Source: a virus
IMG/VR virus record: IMGVR_UViG_3300021963_000034
Span: 89,556 to 153,555 of that record
Reading direction: 5' to 3' (one strand)
DNA: 64,000 nucleotides
Below are positions 20,351 to 30,526 of the stretch, in pieces; within the stretch, counting starts at the first letter, position 1, and each line of letters opens with the position of its first letter. Both the position numbers and the translations under genes were made by a program. The notes under the pieces were generated by a model. The model saw only the letters and a list, made by a program, of their open reading frames with translations, did not search any database and had not been told where the DNA came from.

Positions 20351-21325
20351 ATGAACTTTGTAAAACTTGCCCTTGAAAATGGTGGGAAAGTAAAACCATT
20401 ACTTATAAACCCACAAGATTTATCGGGACCATCTCTCACAAACCCATCAGTCCTTGTAGTAAACGGCAAGATAATAGTAAATATCAGAAATGTCAACTAT
20501 ACGCTTTATCATGCAGAATTGAATAGATTTGAACATCTTTGGGGTCCATTGTCATATATTCATCCAGAGAATGATATGCACTTAAGGACCACAAATTATA
20601 TTGCGGAACTTGATGAAAATTTAGAGGTAGTTTATTCTACTAAAATAGATACCTCCAAATTTGATACATATAAACCACAATGGGAATTTGTTGGTTTAGA
20701 AGACTGCAGATTAATTAACTGGGATGATCGTATTTACATTTGCGGAGTAAGGAGAGATTTAGATACAAAAGGAACTGGAAGGATGGAACTTTCGGAACTT
20801 GAATTTACAGATTCAGAAGTCAAAGAAGTATCTAGATACCGTATTCCAGGACCACCACCAGATAATGAATACTGTATGAAAAATTGCACTCCTATCGAGG
20901 GCAAACCATTCCATCTAATGAAATGGACAAATCCAACATGTTTAATGAAGTTTGATCCTAATGGTGGAGAAACTAAAGTTTTTGAGACTAATTCAAAAAC
21001 TGAAGGAATGAATGATATGAGGGGCGGATCTCAAGTTATTAAATGGAAAAATGGATATCTAACATTAATTCACGAGACTGAATTATATAATAGTGAGCAA
21101 GGAAGAAAAAACGCAACATATCGTCACCGATTTGTTTACTGGGATAAAGACTTTAAAAATCAAAAGTTTTCAAAGTTATTTTCATTTTTGAATATGAAAA
21201 TAGAATTCTGTTGTGGTCTTGCAGCATATCAAGATGATTTTTTAATTACCTTTGGAGCACAAGATAACGCCGCATATATTTTAAAAGTTTCTCAATCTTT
21301 GGTGGAGGATTTTATCAATGAATGA
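20351..21325 (+). CDS. GH43/GH130-like five-bladed beta-propeller glycosidase-like protein
   Basis: TNPSVLV, GLEDCRLINW, MKNCTP, MRGGSQV, IEFCCGL, ITFGAQD blade motifs. Confidence 0.65.
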   Translation: MNFVKLALENGGKVKPLLINPQDLSGPSLTNPSVLVVNGKIIVNIRNVNYTLYHAELNRFEHLWGPLSYIHPENDMHLRTTNYIAELDENLEVVYSTKIDTSKFDTYKPQWEFVGLEDCRLINWDDRIYICGVRRDLDTKGTGRMELSELEFTDSEVKEVSRYRIPGPPPDNEYCMKNCTPIEGKPFHLMKWTNPTCLMKFDPNGGETKVFETNSKTEGMNDMRGGSQVIKWKNGYLTLIHETELYNSEQGRKNATYRHRFVYWDKDFKNQKFSKLFSFLNMKIEFCCGLAAYQDDFLITFGAQDNAAYILKVSQSLVEDFINE

Positions 21326-23159
21326 ACTACTTGAATTTAGTTTAGATACCGAGAACGCAGAAAAAAATTATATTCTTGCTAAGTGGTATGAAAACGAAGG
21401 TCATACTGCTCCTGCTCATACTTATTATTTGAGGGCAGCAGAAAGAGCAGAAAATGATAATCTTGCATATCAAGCACTCATAAGAGCATCATTCTGTTAT
21501 AAATCACAGGGTTCAAGAGATGGTACAGAAAAAGTTCTTCTTGAGAACGCACTCAATCTTCTTCCACAAAGACCAGAAGCATATTATTTTCTTTCTTTGT
21601 TATATGAAAGAAAACAAGAATGGCAAAATTCTTACACATATGCAAATCTAGGTCTTCAACAAACTATAGACGATGTACTAGATCTTCCAGAGTTCAAAGG
21701 AAAATATCTACTCATCTTCCAGAAAGCAGTTTCTGCTTGGTGGTGGGGAAGAGGAATGGAATCCAGAAAACTTTTTCATTCTTTAGTTGACGATTATTGG
21801 AATGAAATGGATGAAACTCACAAAAGATCAGTAGAAGATAATATAACTCGTCTTGGTTCAGGTCCAGAATCTCAAGCATTTCATACTTACACAAAAGAAG
21901 ATTACTCAAAACTAAGATTTAAGTTTGATAACTCATCCATCATTGAGAGAAACTATTCTCAAGTTTATCAAGATATGTTTATTCTTTCAATGCTCAATGG
22001 AAAAAAGAATGGAACATTCCTTGAGATTGGTGGTGCCGATCCATTTAAGGGTAATAATACTGCTCTACTTGAAAAGACTTTTGGTTGGACTGGTGTTTCT
22101 ATTGAGTATGATGAAAAATTTATAAACAACTATAGAAATAATAGAACTGCAAAACTACTTCATGATAATGCACTGACAATTAATTATGAAAAACTACTAG
22201 AAGAAAACTTTGAAGGAAATATTATTGATTATCTGCAGTTAGATATCGAACCAGCAAAAAATACTTATGAGTGTATGTTGAGAGTTCCTTTTGACAAATA
22301 CAAATTTGCAGTGATTACTTATGAACATGATTATTATGTAGATGTCACAAGATCTTTTCGAGAAAAATCAAGAGAATTTCTAACAAGTAAAGGTTATATT
22401 TTAGTGGCGAATGATTTGTCACCAGATGGAAAGTCTAATTTTGAAGATTGGTGGGTACATCCAGATCTAGTTGATGAAAATATTATCAATAAGATGAAAT
22501 CAATTATTGAAGGGACTCATCATGCAAAAGAATATATTTTAAGTTCATCGGGAGAAGAACCAGATTTTTTTAAATTAAGTGTAAACTCCAAACCAACTTC
22601 TTGGATTGTAGATAATTTTTACGAAAATCCCAATCAAGTTAGAGAGTTTGCACTTAACCAAGATTATGTTGAAGGTGGATTTGGTAGAGGATTTATTGGT
22701 AGGCGCACAGAACAGCAATTTTTATTTCCAGGTCTCAAAGAAAGATTTGAAGAGATTATGGGAAGAAAAATTATTAAGTGGGAAGACTATGGAATGAATG
22801 GTCGTTTTCAAATTGCTTGGTCTGGCGAACCATTAGTATATCACTGCGATAGTCAAAAATGGGGAGGGATGATATATCTTACTCCAGATGCTCCGTATGA
22901 ATGTGGGACTACACTATATGCCCACAAGCAAACAAGAGCAAGAACTTATTTTGATGAAGGATGGGATGCTTCTTGGAAAGATGTTCCTGGAGATTGTCAC
23001 TTAGATGGAACACCATTTGAACCAGTTGATGTTCTTGGAAATGTTTATAACCGTTTAGTTATTTTTGACGCAAGCGCAATTCATTCAGCATCGAAATATT
23101 TTGGAACTGTCAAAGAAAATGCAAGATTTTGGCAAATGTTCTTTTTTGACACTGAGTAG
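21318..23159 (+). CDS. TPR + FkbM-family methyltransferase + 2OG-Fe(II) oxygenase (DUF6445-like) fusion
   Basis: TPR (PQRPEAYYFLS); YSQVYQD...GTFLEIGGADP...IDYLQLDIE; IVDNFYENP...HCD...GMIYLTP...YNRLVIFD...HSA. Confidence 0.75.
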   Translation: MNELLEFSLDTENAEKNYILAKWYENEGHTAPAHTYYLRAAERAENDNLAYQALIRASFCYKSQGSRDGTEKVLLENALNLLPQRPEAYYFLSLLYERKQEWQNSYTYANLGLQQTIDDVLDLPEFKGKYLLIFQKAVSAWWWGRGMESRKLFHSLVDDYWNEMDETHKRSVEDNITRLGSGPESQAFHTYTKEDYSKLRFKFDNSSIIERNYSQVYQDMFILSMLNGKKNGTFLEIGGADPFKGNNTALLEKTFGWTGVSIEYDEKFINNYRNNRTAKLLHDNALTINYEKLLEENFEGNIIDYLQLDIEPAKNTYECMLRVPFDKYKFAVITYEHDYYVDVTRSFREKSREFLTSKGYILVANDLSPDGKSNFEDWWVHPDLVDENIINKMKSIIEGTHHAKEYILSSSGEEPDFFKLSVNSKPTSWIVDNFYENPNQVREFALNQDYVEGGFGRGFIGRRTEQQFLFPGLKERFEEIMGRKIIKWEDYGMNGRFQIAWSGEPLVYHCDSQKWGGMIYLTPDAPYECGTTLYAHKQTRARTYFDEGWDASWKDVPGDCHLDGTPFEPVDVLGNVYNRLVIFDASAIHSASKYFGTVKENARFWQMFFFDTE

Positions 23160-23214
23160 ACACTTCAGAAACTGTCCTAAGACCCTCCAGAATCGCTCTG
23201 GAGGGTCTTATAGT
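23157..23214 (+). promoter_or_regulatory. palindrome-promoter element #1 with a 14-bp stem hairpin
   Basis: TAGACA-cttcagaaac-TGTCCT; taagaccctccaga/tctggagggtctta hairpin; TATAGT 30 bp after the right arm. Confidence 0.7.
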
Positions 23215-23340
23215 ATGCACATACCGCTCAAGACTAATGAGGTATTCCAATTTAGACCGACTTATTTTTGTTGGTTCTTTTTTATGGTTTATTCACTGGA
23301 TTACAAAAGTATCTGAGGTAACACTAAACGCACTATTCTG

Positions 23341-23796
23341 ATGTTTACATTATACACCAGTGGTTACAACTATAGCAAGCGTCGTTGTACTGATGCTACA
23401 AATTGGTTCATTCAAAAGTATCTTCCACGACACAAAATTGAAATCACTGTAAATCATCGTGGTCTCGCAAGAGAAGGAGTTTATGGTTGGTGTAGTGTGG
23501 TTGATTGTAACTATCGCCCTCGTGAGTTTGAGATTGAACTACATAATCAAATGAACTCCGATCTTTATCTCCAGACCCTCTTCCACGAACTCTATCACGT
23601 TTATCAACACGTTATGGGTAATCTGAAGGATAAGCACGGCAAACGTCTCTGGAAGGGCATAGACCATACGGAGACGGACTATTCTGAACAACCTTGGGAA
23701 GTAGAAGCACATCAAGTTGAAGAACAACTCTACAATGAATACCTAGGACTGAATGACTTTGTATATTCTTTCCCTAACCGCTTGACACAACCCTGA
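23341..23796 (+). CDS. putative zinc metallopeptidase (HExxH)
   Basis: TLFHELYHVYQ...PWEVEA. Confidence 0.7.
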   Translation: MFTLYTSGYNYSKRRCTDATNWFIQKYLPRHKIEITVNHRGLAREGVYGWCSVVDCNYRPREFEIELHNQMNSDLYLQTLFHELYHVYQHVMGNLKDKHGKRLWKGIDHTETDYSEQPWEVEAHQVEEQLYNEYLGLNDFVYSFPNRLTQP

Positions 23797-23810
23797 AAAC
23801 TCTGTACAAT
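23782..23810 (+). promoter_or_regulatory. sigma70-type promoter
   Basis: TTGACA-N17-TACAAT upstream of ORF 23835. Confidence 0.75.
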
Positions 23811-23834
23811 GACCTTTGTGGAGGTTGAAAACCT

Positions 23835-24053
23835 ATGAACTCTATGAAAACATCGAAAACTAAAAAACAATTTGTGAATGTGACTCCATTGAGTTCTAAA
23901 GCAAAGAATCGTTTTATAAATCAAATGGATTCTCTACATGCTATGGAAGTAGAGCAGGAAACTGATACTCAACTTTTTGTTGTTTCTATCAATCGTCGCT
24001 ACTGCTTTTGGATTCCAAAAGTTGGTAATGAACATTGGGATATTGTAAAATGA
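23835..24053 (+). CDS. hypothetical protein (paralog of 59226..59414)
   Basis: V.P.S.KAKNRF.N.M...VEQ...F..S.N...FW shared. Confidence 0.65.
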   Translation: MNSMKTSKTKKQFVNVTPLSSKAKNRFINQMDSLHAMEVEQETDTQLFVVSINRRYCFWIPKVGNEHWDIVK

Positions 24054-24361
24054 TTGGATTGATTGCTGGTCTTACATGTGGAATCAGCACTTTTTATGGT
24101 GTTGGTGATGGTTTTCATGGTCAACGTACTGCTAATGGAGAACGTTTTGATGCTTATCGTTGGACTGCTGCTCACCCTTACCTTCCCATGGGAAGTAAAA
24201 TTAGAGTCACAAACCAAGATAACGGAAAACAAGTCATTGTTCGTGTAAATGATCGTGGACCTTATTCTCATGCTGACTTAGATCTATCTTATGCTGCTTT
24301 TGCTCATATTGAATCTGTAAAAAAAGGAAACGCTGTCGTTTGTTGGAGGGTTGTTGGATGA
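24050..24361 (+). CDS. rlpA: RlpA-like lytic transglycosylase (double-psi beta-barrel)
   Basis: FHGQRTANGERFD...TAAHPYLPMGSKIRVTN...VIVRVNDRGPY...LDLS. Confidence 0.85.
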   Translation: MIGLIAGLTCGISTFYGVGDGFHGQRTANGERFDAYRWTAAHPYLPMGSKIRVTNQDNGKQVIVRVNDRGPYSHADLDLSYAAFAHIESVKKGNAVVCWRVVG

Positions 24362-24732
24362 AAAAACTGATTATTCTTGCTACACTTATTTTCTCTTCTC
24401 CCGTATTTGCGCAGGAAACATATCGTCCATTTCGATATGAAACTCCATGTATGATTGAACAAGGTATTCAAACCTACCCCGATGTATGTGTTGTGATTGA
24501 AACCCGTGAAAAGGGTGGAGCACTTCGAACTCGCAACATTTATTCTAATAAACATAGTCTGACTATCAAAGGACGATTTGATAAAGAAAAAGGATACCTG
24601 ACATGGGATTCTTATAATAAATTTGAATACAAGTGGGACTATAAAGTTGGTGGTTCTGGTGGTGTTGATGGTCTTGGTGCATGGACTTATGTAATGCCTG
24701 GATTCCTTGTTCAAAATGTAAGTTGGGATTAA
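24358..24732 (+). CDS. exported hypothetical protein
   Basis: signal peptide MKKLIILATLIFSSPVFA. Confidence 0.6.
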   Translation: MKKLIILATLIFSSPVFAQETYRPFRYETPCMIEQGIQTYPDVCVVIETREKGGALRTRNIYSNKHSLTIKGRFDKEKGYLTWDSYNKFEYKWDYKVGGSGGVDGLGAWTYVMPGFLVQNVSWD

Positions 24733-24739
24733 TTTTTAT

Positions 24740-25129
24740 ATGAAAACTGTGTTTAAAAATAAACTATACAAAAACTCCGCTATTGAAATCCGAAGATCTG
24801 ATAAAGATGAAGGAGGGTGGGGAGTTTTTGCTCGCAGAAACATTAAAAAACATTCTATTTTGGAGCAATCTCCTGTGATTGTTGTTGACATTGAAAGAAT
24901 ATCTCAAATCTCACAATGTTACAAATATTCCTATGGATTTGATCAAGAAAATGTAATGATTGGAATGGGATTTGCTGGATTTTATAATCATTCTCCTAAT
25001 CCAAATGCAGAATGGAGAGATGATCGTGTTAATATGATCATGGAACATTATGCTTGCAGAGATATTCTCGCTGGAGAAGAAATTTGTATTAACTATGGTG
25101 AAGAGAACGTTGACTTTGAGGTTAAATAG
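24740..25129 (+). CDS. SET-domain protein-lysine methyltransferase
   Basis: GWGVFA...FYNHSPNPNA...RDILAGEEICINYG. Confidence 0.85.
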   Translation: MKTVFKNKLYKNSAIEIRRSDKDEGGWGVFARRNIKKHSILEQSPVIVVDIERISQISQCYKYSYGFDQENVMIGMGFAGFYNHSPNPNAEWRDDRVNMIMEHYACRDILAGEEICINYGEENVDFEVK

Positions 25130-25481
25130 TAAATAGAATAGGAGAAAACTATGGTTGTTCTATTTGCATCAACCATTATTTCTTGTAGTGATGCATTGAC
25201 ACTTATCAATCGTCTCACCAGAGTTGTGGGATTAACTGAAGTTCAAAGAACTGAAATAGTACAAGAAATCCGCAAAGTTGTTCCTTCCTGTCCCGTTAAA
25301 GTGGTGAAAAAATGAACGAAGAATCTCAAGTTGAAAAGTGGAATCGCGGATTGACCCTTTTTGAAGAAAGTGTTCTCAAACCAGATCCTGAACTTCGTAA
25401 CTGTGCTCATAACCAAAAGTGCTATAATGAGCTTATGGCAGTTCGTGAGCAGGTCCTACAATATATCAAGACTCTAAGACA

Positions 25482-25721
25482 ATGAGTTCTACATACATAT
25501 ACTTTATTATTTTCTTTTGTATTGCTTACTTGATCATTACTGATCAATCAGTAGCAAGAGGATTTTATATGCTAACTCAACTTGCAAGAGTACAATACGA
25601 AAAGACAAAGTGGTGGATTCTACATAATCCAGCAAATCCGATTGTAAAGTATTTGATGTGGAGACGCTCAAATCAACTTGCAAAGGAGTTGATGAAAGAG
25701 TTAGAATCAAGAAATAAATAA
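25482..25721 (+). CDS. hypothetical membrane protein
   Basis: N-terminal hydrophobic helix. Confidence 0.55.
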   Translation: MSSTYIYFIIFFCIAYLIITDQSVARGFYMLTQLARVQYEKTKWWILHNPANPIVKYLMWRRSNQLAKELMKELESRNK

Positions 25722-25741
25722 TCATTATCTGAATAATACAT

Positions 25742-26059
25742 ATGCTCTCCACGCAGTATCGGTTGAGATTAGAAGAGATTTGCAATAAAATTGTAAGTGG
25801 CGAATCAGTAGAACTATCAGAAATGATATGGGCAGAAAAACTTGCAAAGGCAAATCGTTCTGCTGCAACAATGCTGAGACAAGCAAGACGCCGTGCTGCA
25901 AATCCAGAAATGACCGAAGACAGTTTGGATGGATTCTTAAATGCTTTAGATTTAGGTGATCCAGACCCATCAAATCATCGTAGTAGATTTGCGGGCGCTG
26001 ATGATATTATTGATTTCTTTACTGGAGACAAACCTGAAGATTGGAAACAAAGAGACTGA
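25742..26059 (+). CDS. conserved cyanophage-type hypothetical protein
   Basis: MLSTQYRLRLEEIC...LDLGDPDPSNH; ATAAATA upstream. Confidence 0.65.
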   Translation: MLSTQYRLRLEEICNKIVSGESVELSEMIWAEKLAKANRSAATMLRQARRRAANPEMTEDSLDGFLNALDLGDPDPSNHRSRFAGADDIIDFFTGDKPEDWKQRD

Positions 26060-26280
26060 TGAAATACTTATTTTTGCTTTTGCCATTTGCAACTCTTCCC
26101 GCAAGTGCTATTACTTGGAAAGAGTTTTGGGAACCTTTTGAACCAAGAGTTTATTATAGAGAACCAATCTGCACTGAGGTTGTTTATCGTGAAGAATATG
26201 TACCAGGAAATAGGTGGAGACCTGGATATGTAAGGTACTGGCAAGAAAGAGTAAGAGTTCCCTGTTCAATCTATAATTAA
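26059..26280 (+). CDS. exported hypothetical protein
   Basis: MKYLFLLLPFATLPASA signal; C...REEYVPG...GYV...VPC. Confidence 0.6.
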   Translation: MKYLFLLLPFATLPASAITWKEFWEPFEPRVYYREPICTEVVYREEYVPGNRWRPGYVRYWQERVRVPCSIYN

Positions 26281-26389
26281 GTTGTATTAAGCAATCCACA
26301 TAAACCTCCTAGATAGTGGTAGAATAGTAAGGTCATAAAAATGAACTGAAAACTCTTTATTATGATATTCTTTGTGCGTGGAGGTCATT

Positions 26390-26563
26390 ATGCACAATTT
26401 AATTTCTTACAATCAACTTGCTGGGTGGAAAAAAATAGGGAATACGTTAGATGAGTTTATAGACCAGCACGAAATTATGAATTCCTACTTTGAATGTCTG
26501 ACTGAATGTGATGAGGATACACAGAGTTGTAGAAAAATATGTAGAAAACTTTTGACTACATAG
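26390..26563 (+). CDS. small Cys-rich cyanobacteria-like protein
   Basis: GGAGG SD; MHNLISYNQLAGW...YFECLTECD...CRKIC. Confidence 0.65.
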   Translation: MHNLISYNQLAGWKKIGNTLDEFIDQHEIMNSYFECLTECDEDTQSCRKICRKLLTT

Positions 26564-26619
26564 ACTAGTTGAAAATCTGTCCACCTGCCCTTGACTTTCG
26601 CGGTCAAGGGTTTTATAGT
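26561..26619 (+). promoter_or_regulatory. palindrome-promoter element #2
   Basis: TAGACT-N11-TGTCCA; cccttgac/gtcaaggg hairpin; TTGACT-N17-TATAGT. Confidence 0.7.
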
Positions 26620-26642
26620 ATGTACATACAAATCCAAAAGCA

Positions 26643-27197
26643 ATGACCTACACTGCAAAACTCAAAGTTTCTTTTGATACTGAATGGACTCCAAGTTATT
26701 CGTCTGGAATTTATGACGATGAAACTCTTCCTGAGGAGCATTATACCTTTGAGATTCCTTGCGAAGACATTAACACCATTCAACTCTTCCGTTTCTTTGG
26801 AACTGTTGCCCGCACGATGGGACATAATGAAATTGGTATTATGAAAGGTGCTTGTTCACTTGCATTTAATGATATGCGAAGTGAAGAAGATATGCGTAAG
26901 ATTTCGGAAGAGTTTGAACTGATGATGGCAGAGGATTATTCTAAAGAACTCCGTAGGTTGGAAGATGAGATTTATGATCTGAAAGCAAAACTGTCACGCT
27001 GTCAGCAACCTGATAATCCTCAATATACTGAAGAAGAAATGGATGCGATGACCTATCAAGAATGGAATGGTCTAACTCCTGGTTCTCCTGAAGCAGTTGA
27101 GAAGGGTTGTAAGTGTCCTGTAATGGATAATGAAGAAATGCCCGAAGAGAGGAAATGGGTAAATGCTGATTGTCCTATTCACGGTAAAGCAAAATGA
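26643..27197 (+). CDS. hypothetical protein with C-terminal Cys/His motif
   Basis: PGSPEAVEKGCKCPVMDN...CPIHG. Confidence 0.65.
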   Translation: MTYTAKLKVSFDTEWTPSYSSGIYDDETLPEEHYTFEIPCEDINTIQLFRFFGTVARTMGHNEIGIMKGACSLAFNDMRSEEDMRKISEEFELMMAEDYSKELRRLEDEIYDLKAKLSRCQQPDNPQYTEEEMDAMTYQEWNGLTPGSPEAVEKGCKCPVMDNEEMPEERKWVNADCPIHGKAK

Positions 27198-29271
27198 CTG
27201 AACGAGCACAAGAGTTTATGAACGCAGTATGGGAGCACCGAAACAATGGTGCTGATACTGAAGAAAAGTTAGTTGCTGCTATTCTTTGTCTTGCTGCAGA
27301 AAAAGTGCAGTTCTTTACGGCTCAAGATGGCAGAATTGTTTTGGATAAAAATGATATGTTGCAACTTGCAGAGGAACTTAATCAATGAACCTGATTAATT
27401 TTAAGCATCGTGAAGACTTTGGACATGAGTGGTATGTCCAAGTTCTCACTGTGAAGGATTGGACTTTGCTTCAAGCATCCGTAAGTTGGAATGATTATCC
27501 TGGTTGGCCTTATATTCAAATCAAATCAGGTACTGGTTCCACATTGAGTATTATGTTCTGGGCATATAAGTTTGGTTTTGATATTGGTATTATTGAACGC
27601 ACTTGGAGGTGGGATAGGTGTGATGACTGGCAAGAAACTGGAGATGGAGTATGAGTGTGGAAAAAGTAAAGTTTGTAAGTATCACCAGAACTATTGATGA
27701 CCGCAAAGGTATTCATTATCTTGATGCTATTGATGAGAATGGACATCACTGGGTAGCAGAAATGGATAATAAACAAGAGAAATGGTTAGTGTATACTAAA
27801 CTGTGGACTAGAGACCCCCAACATCCTTATGACTTATGAAAAACTACCGCATCAAAAAAGTAACAGACGGACACTCAACCAGATATTACCCACAGCACAA
27901 AAGATTTGGATTGTTTTGGTGTAATCTATTTGTAGACGAATATAGGGATGGTGATTATTCTACATTTGAAGAAGCACAGTGGCACCTTTGTAACTATTTG
28001 AGAGAACCTGTGATAGAATATTTGTCCTTTGATTGTGATTGTGGAGAAAACTGATGACTGAATGTGTGTCTGACCCTACAACTTGGATTGATGTTGCCCA
28101 ACTTGCAGTTTTTATGGTTCCTGTTTCTATTTTTCTTTGGAGAGTATCACAATAATGACCGACCTTAAACTCTGTAAGGATTGTAAGCACTACAAGAAAG
28201 ATTGGAATGCTCGTTTTACTGGATTTGGAGATACTCTTGATACTTGCCATAATCCAGTATTGAGTGAAAATCTGGTGACTGGAAAAGTCAAAGGTGGTCG
28301 TTTTTGTGATATGATGAGAAAGGAATGGGGTAAATGTGGTCCTGATGGTAAGTATTGGGAGGCACGATAATGTATAATGACGACGATAGCACACCATCAT
28401 TTTTTATTCTTATTGCTATCACTGCTATATTCTTTGTGGGTTATGGTATTGGATTTACTATGGGAGAACAATTCTCACAACAAGAAACAATCAATTTTTG
28501 TGTAGAAAAACCTGCTGATTGTAAAACCAAGTATGATTATTTCAAACTGGAGGCACGGAAATGAGTTCTTATATTTCGTGTTATAATCAGGAAACAAGAG
28601 AACTGGAACACTACAAGGTTTCTTATGATGTTTCTGTGTATATCCAACAACTGGAAAATGAAATCAAGTATGGTTCTGGTGGTGTGAAACGACTTTATCC
28701 TTTTAGATTTGGAGATGCACGGAAATAATGAAAGTTTATGATTACCGAATTGTAGAAGACCTTAATTTAAAAACTTTGAAACCTTATTTTTACATTCAAT
28801 CTTATAGTATTAAGGACCAAAAGTATTTCCTTTATTCAGATGCTACATTCCAAACACTTCAAGAAGCACAAGAAGCAATACGACTACTGAGAAAATACAA
28901 CGAACCTGTGTATCATTATGTTGAGGATTGAAATGATTGAAACTAAACCAATTACGAACAGAAGACCAACAAAAGAAGATGCTAATGGATTTGGGTTAGT
29001 TCAGTATTATCGTAATGATTTTGGTGTGTGGGGATATGATTACTGGTATAATGTAAAAACGGATGGTTGGGCACACACATCAAATTGGAGACCTCAAAAT
29101 GATTGAAATTGAAAAGCAGTATAAACTCACACTCACAGAAGACCAAGCACGACAACTTTATGAACTTTTACGAACTGAAAAAGATTGTGGTGGATTGGGA
29201 AGTGATGGAAGATTGTCTGATTTGAGAACAATACATAATGAACTGAGAGTACTCTTTGATAATGGAATACG

Positions 29272-29829
29272 ATGATTGAACCACAAGGAACGCTAAAAAT
29301 AGGACCATCAGGGTATAAACTGGACCCAAAGAAACTTGCGAAAGCACCTCAACACATTACTCCTTATTTGTTTCTTGGTGCATTTTATTACACCGAAGAT
29401 TATGAGTATTTTGATAAAATCAAACCATACTTGGATATTCCAGAGAAACCTAAAACTTTGGATGAAATCAAACAAGAGTTTGATGAGAAGATTGATAAAC
29501 TGATTGAGACAACAAAGTGGAATTTTGCCGTATCCAAAGAGAGATCTGAATATCATTACGACAAAAAGTTTAGTAGGATTATTCAGGACTTTGAGTATGC
29601 AAAAGAGAATGGAAACTTTCCACTCAAACTAAAACTTACTTATGGAACTGGATTGAGTGCTGGTTCTTATGTAGAAAACTCTTTTGTAATCAAACAGGGA
29701 AATACTCATAAAGGTTATTATACGATTGGAAACCAACGATATTTCAGGTATTATATGAATGATAAACCGAATGTGATTGTTCGTTTCTTTATGAAAACTT
29801 GTCTTGGTTTTGTGTGGGTTGATGAATGA
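29272..29829 (+). CDS. hypothetical protein
   Basis: 185-aa ORF coupled at both ends. Confidence 0.6.
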   Translation: MIEPQGTLKIGPSGYKLDPKKLAKAPQHITPYLFLGAFYYTEDYEYFDKIKPYLDIPEKPKTLDEIKQEFDEKIDKLIETTKWNFAVSKERSEYHYDKKFSRIIQDFEYAKENGNFPLKLKLTYGTGLSAGSYVENSFVIKQGNTHKGYYTIGNQRYFRYYMNDKPNVIVRFFMKTCLGFVWVDE

Positions 29830-30045
29830 TGAAACTCACTAAACTAATTTTTGATTACTGGAAAATCTGGATGAGAGTTCCAGTAGAAACTAATATCTTT
29901 GGTTCTTATGATGAAGGACTTGGATTTTATGATTGGTATTGTATGACCTTCTGGTATGCTCTCAATCACGATTGGTATAAGATGAATAATAAAATGTATG
30001 CTTATACTGGTTGTGAAGACCCTTATGTAGAACCCAGAGATTTTG

Positions 30046-30104
30046 AGGACACTTGAAGAACTGGCACACTCCTCCTTGTGGTGGGGTGTGTTTGGTTGTA
30101 TAAT
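30046..30104 (+). promoter_or_regulatory. palindrome-promoter element #3
   Basis: AGGACA-cttgaagaac-TGGCAC; TATAAT 31 bp downstream; upstream stop lies in the spacer. Confidence 0.75.
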
Positions 30105-30340
30105 AATCTTGTAAGCAACCAACCGATGAATTACAAACTAATTCTTCACAGAGCAAAAATCGTTGTCTATGTGAGCATTACTCTTGTTCTACTCGCAATT
30201 GACTCAGTTTGGAAGGGTATTCGTTGGTTCTTTGAGTATCAAGTTTATGCCTTCACAGGTCTGTTTTATGAACCTTATCAGAACACAAGGTATTATTGTC
30301 GCAAGTATCTGAACCCTAAAACTTTGAAGTGGAATGACCG

Positions 30341-30526
30341 ATGACCTACACAATCACAAAGCAAATTACAATTCACAACGACAAGGATGGTTGGGAATTT
30401 GTCTTCACAACTGATGAATATGGAACTGTAGGTGTTCAGGGCACTAATGGACCAACATTTCAAACCACACACATTCCCAAAGATTGTATTCCATACTTTA
30501 TTCATGCTCTGGAGCAACTGAAATGA
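30341..30526 (+). CDS. hypothetical protein (paralog of 57930..58115)
   Basis: MTYTITK.I.I..D.DG..F.FT.DEYGTV.V...NGP..QT.HIPKDCI. Confidence 0.7.
   Translation: MTYTITKQITIHNDKDGWEFVFTTDEYGTVGVQGTNGPTFQTTHIPKDCIPYFIHALEQLK

Noticed and set aside
26390-26563. CP12
   Set aside because: Lacks the AWD.VEEL and C-x8-C...YD CP12 signatures.
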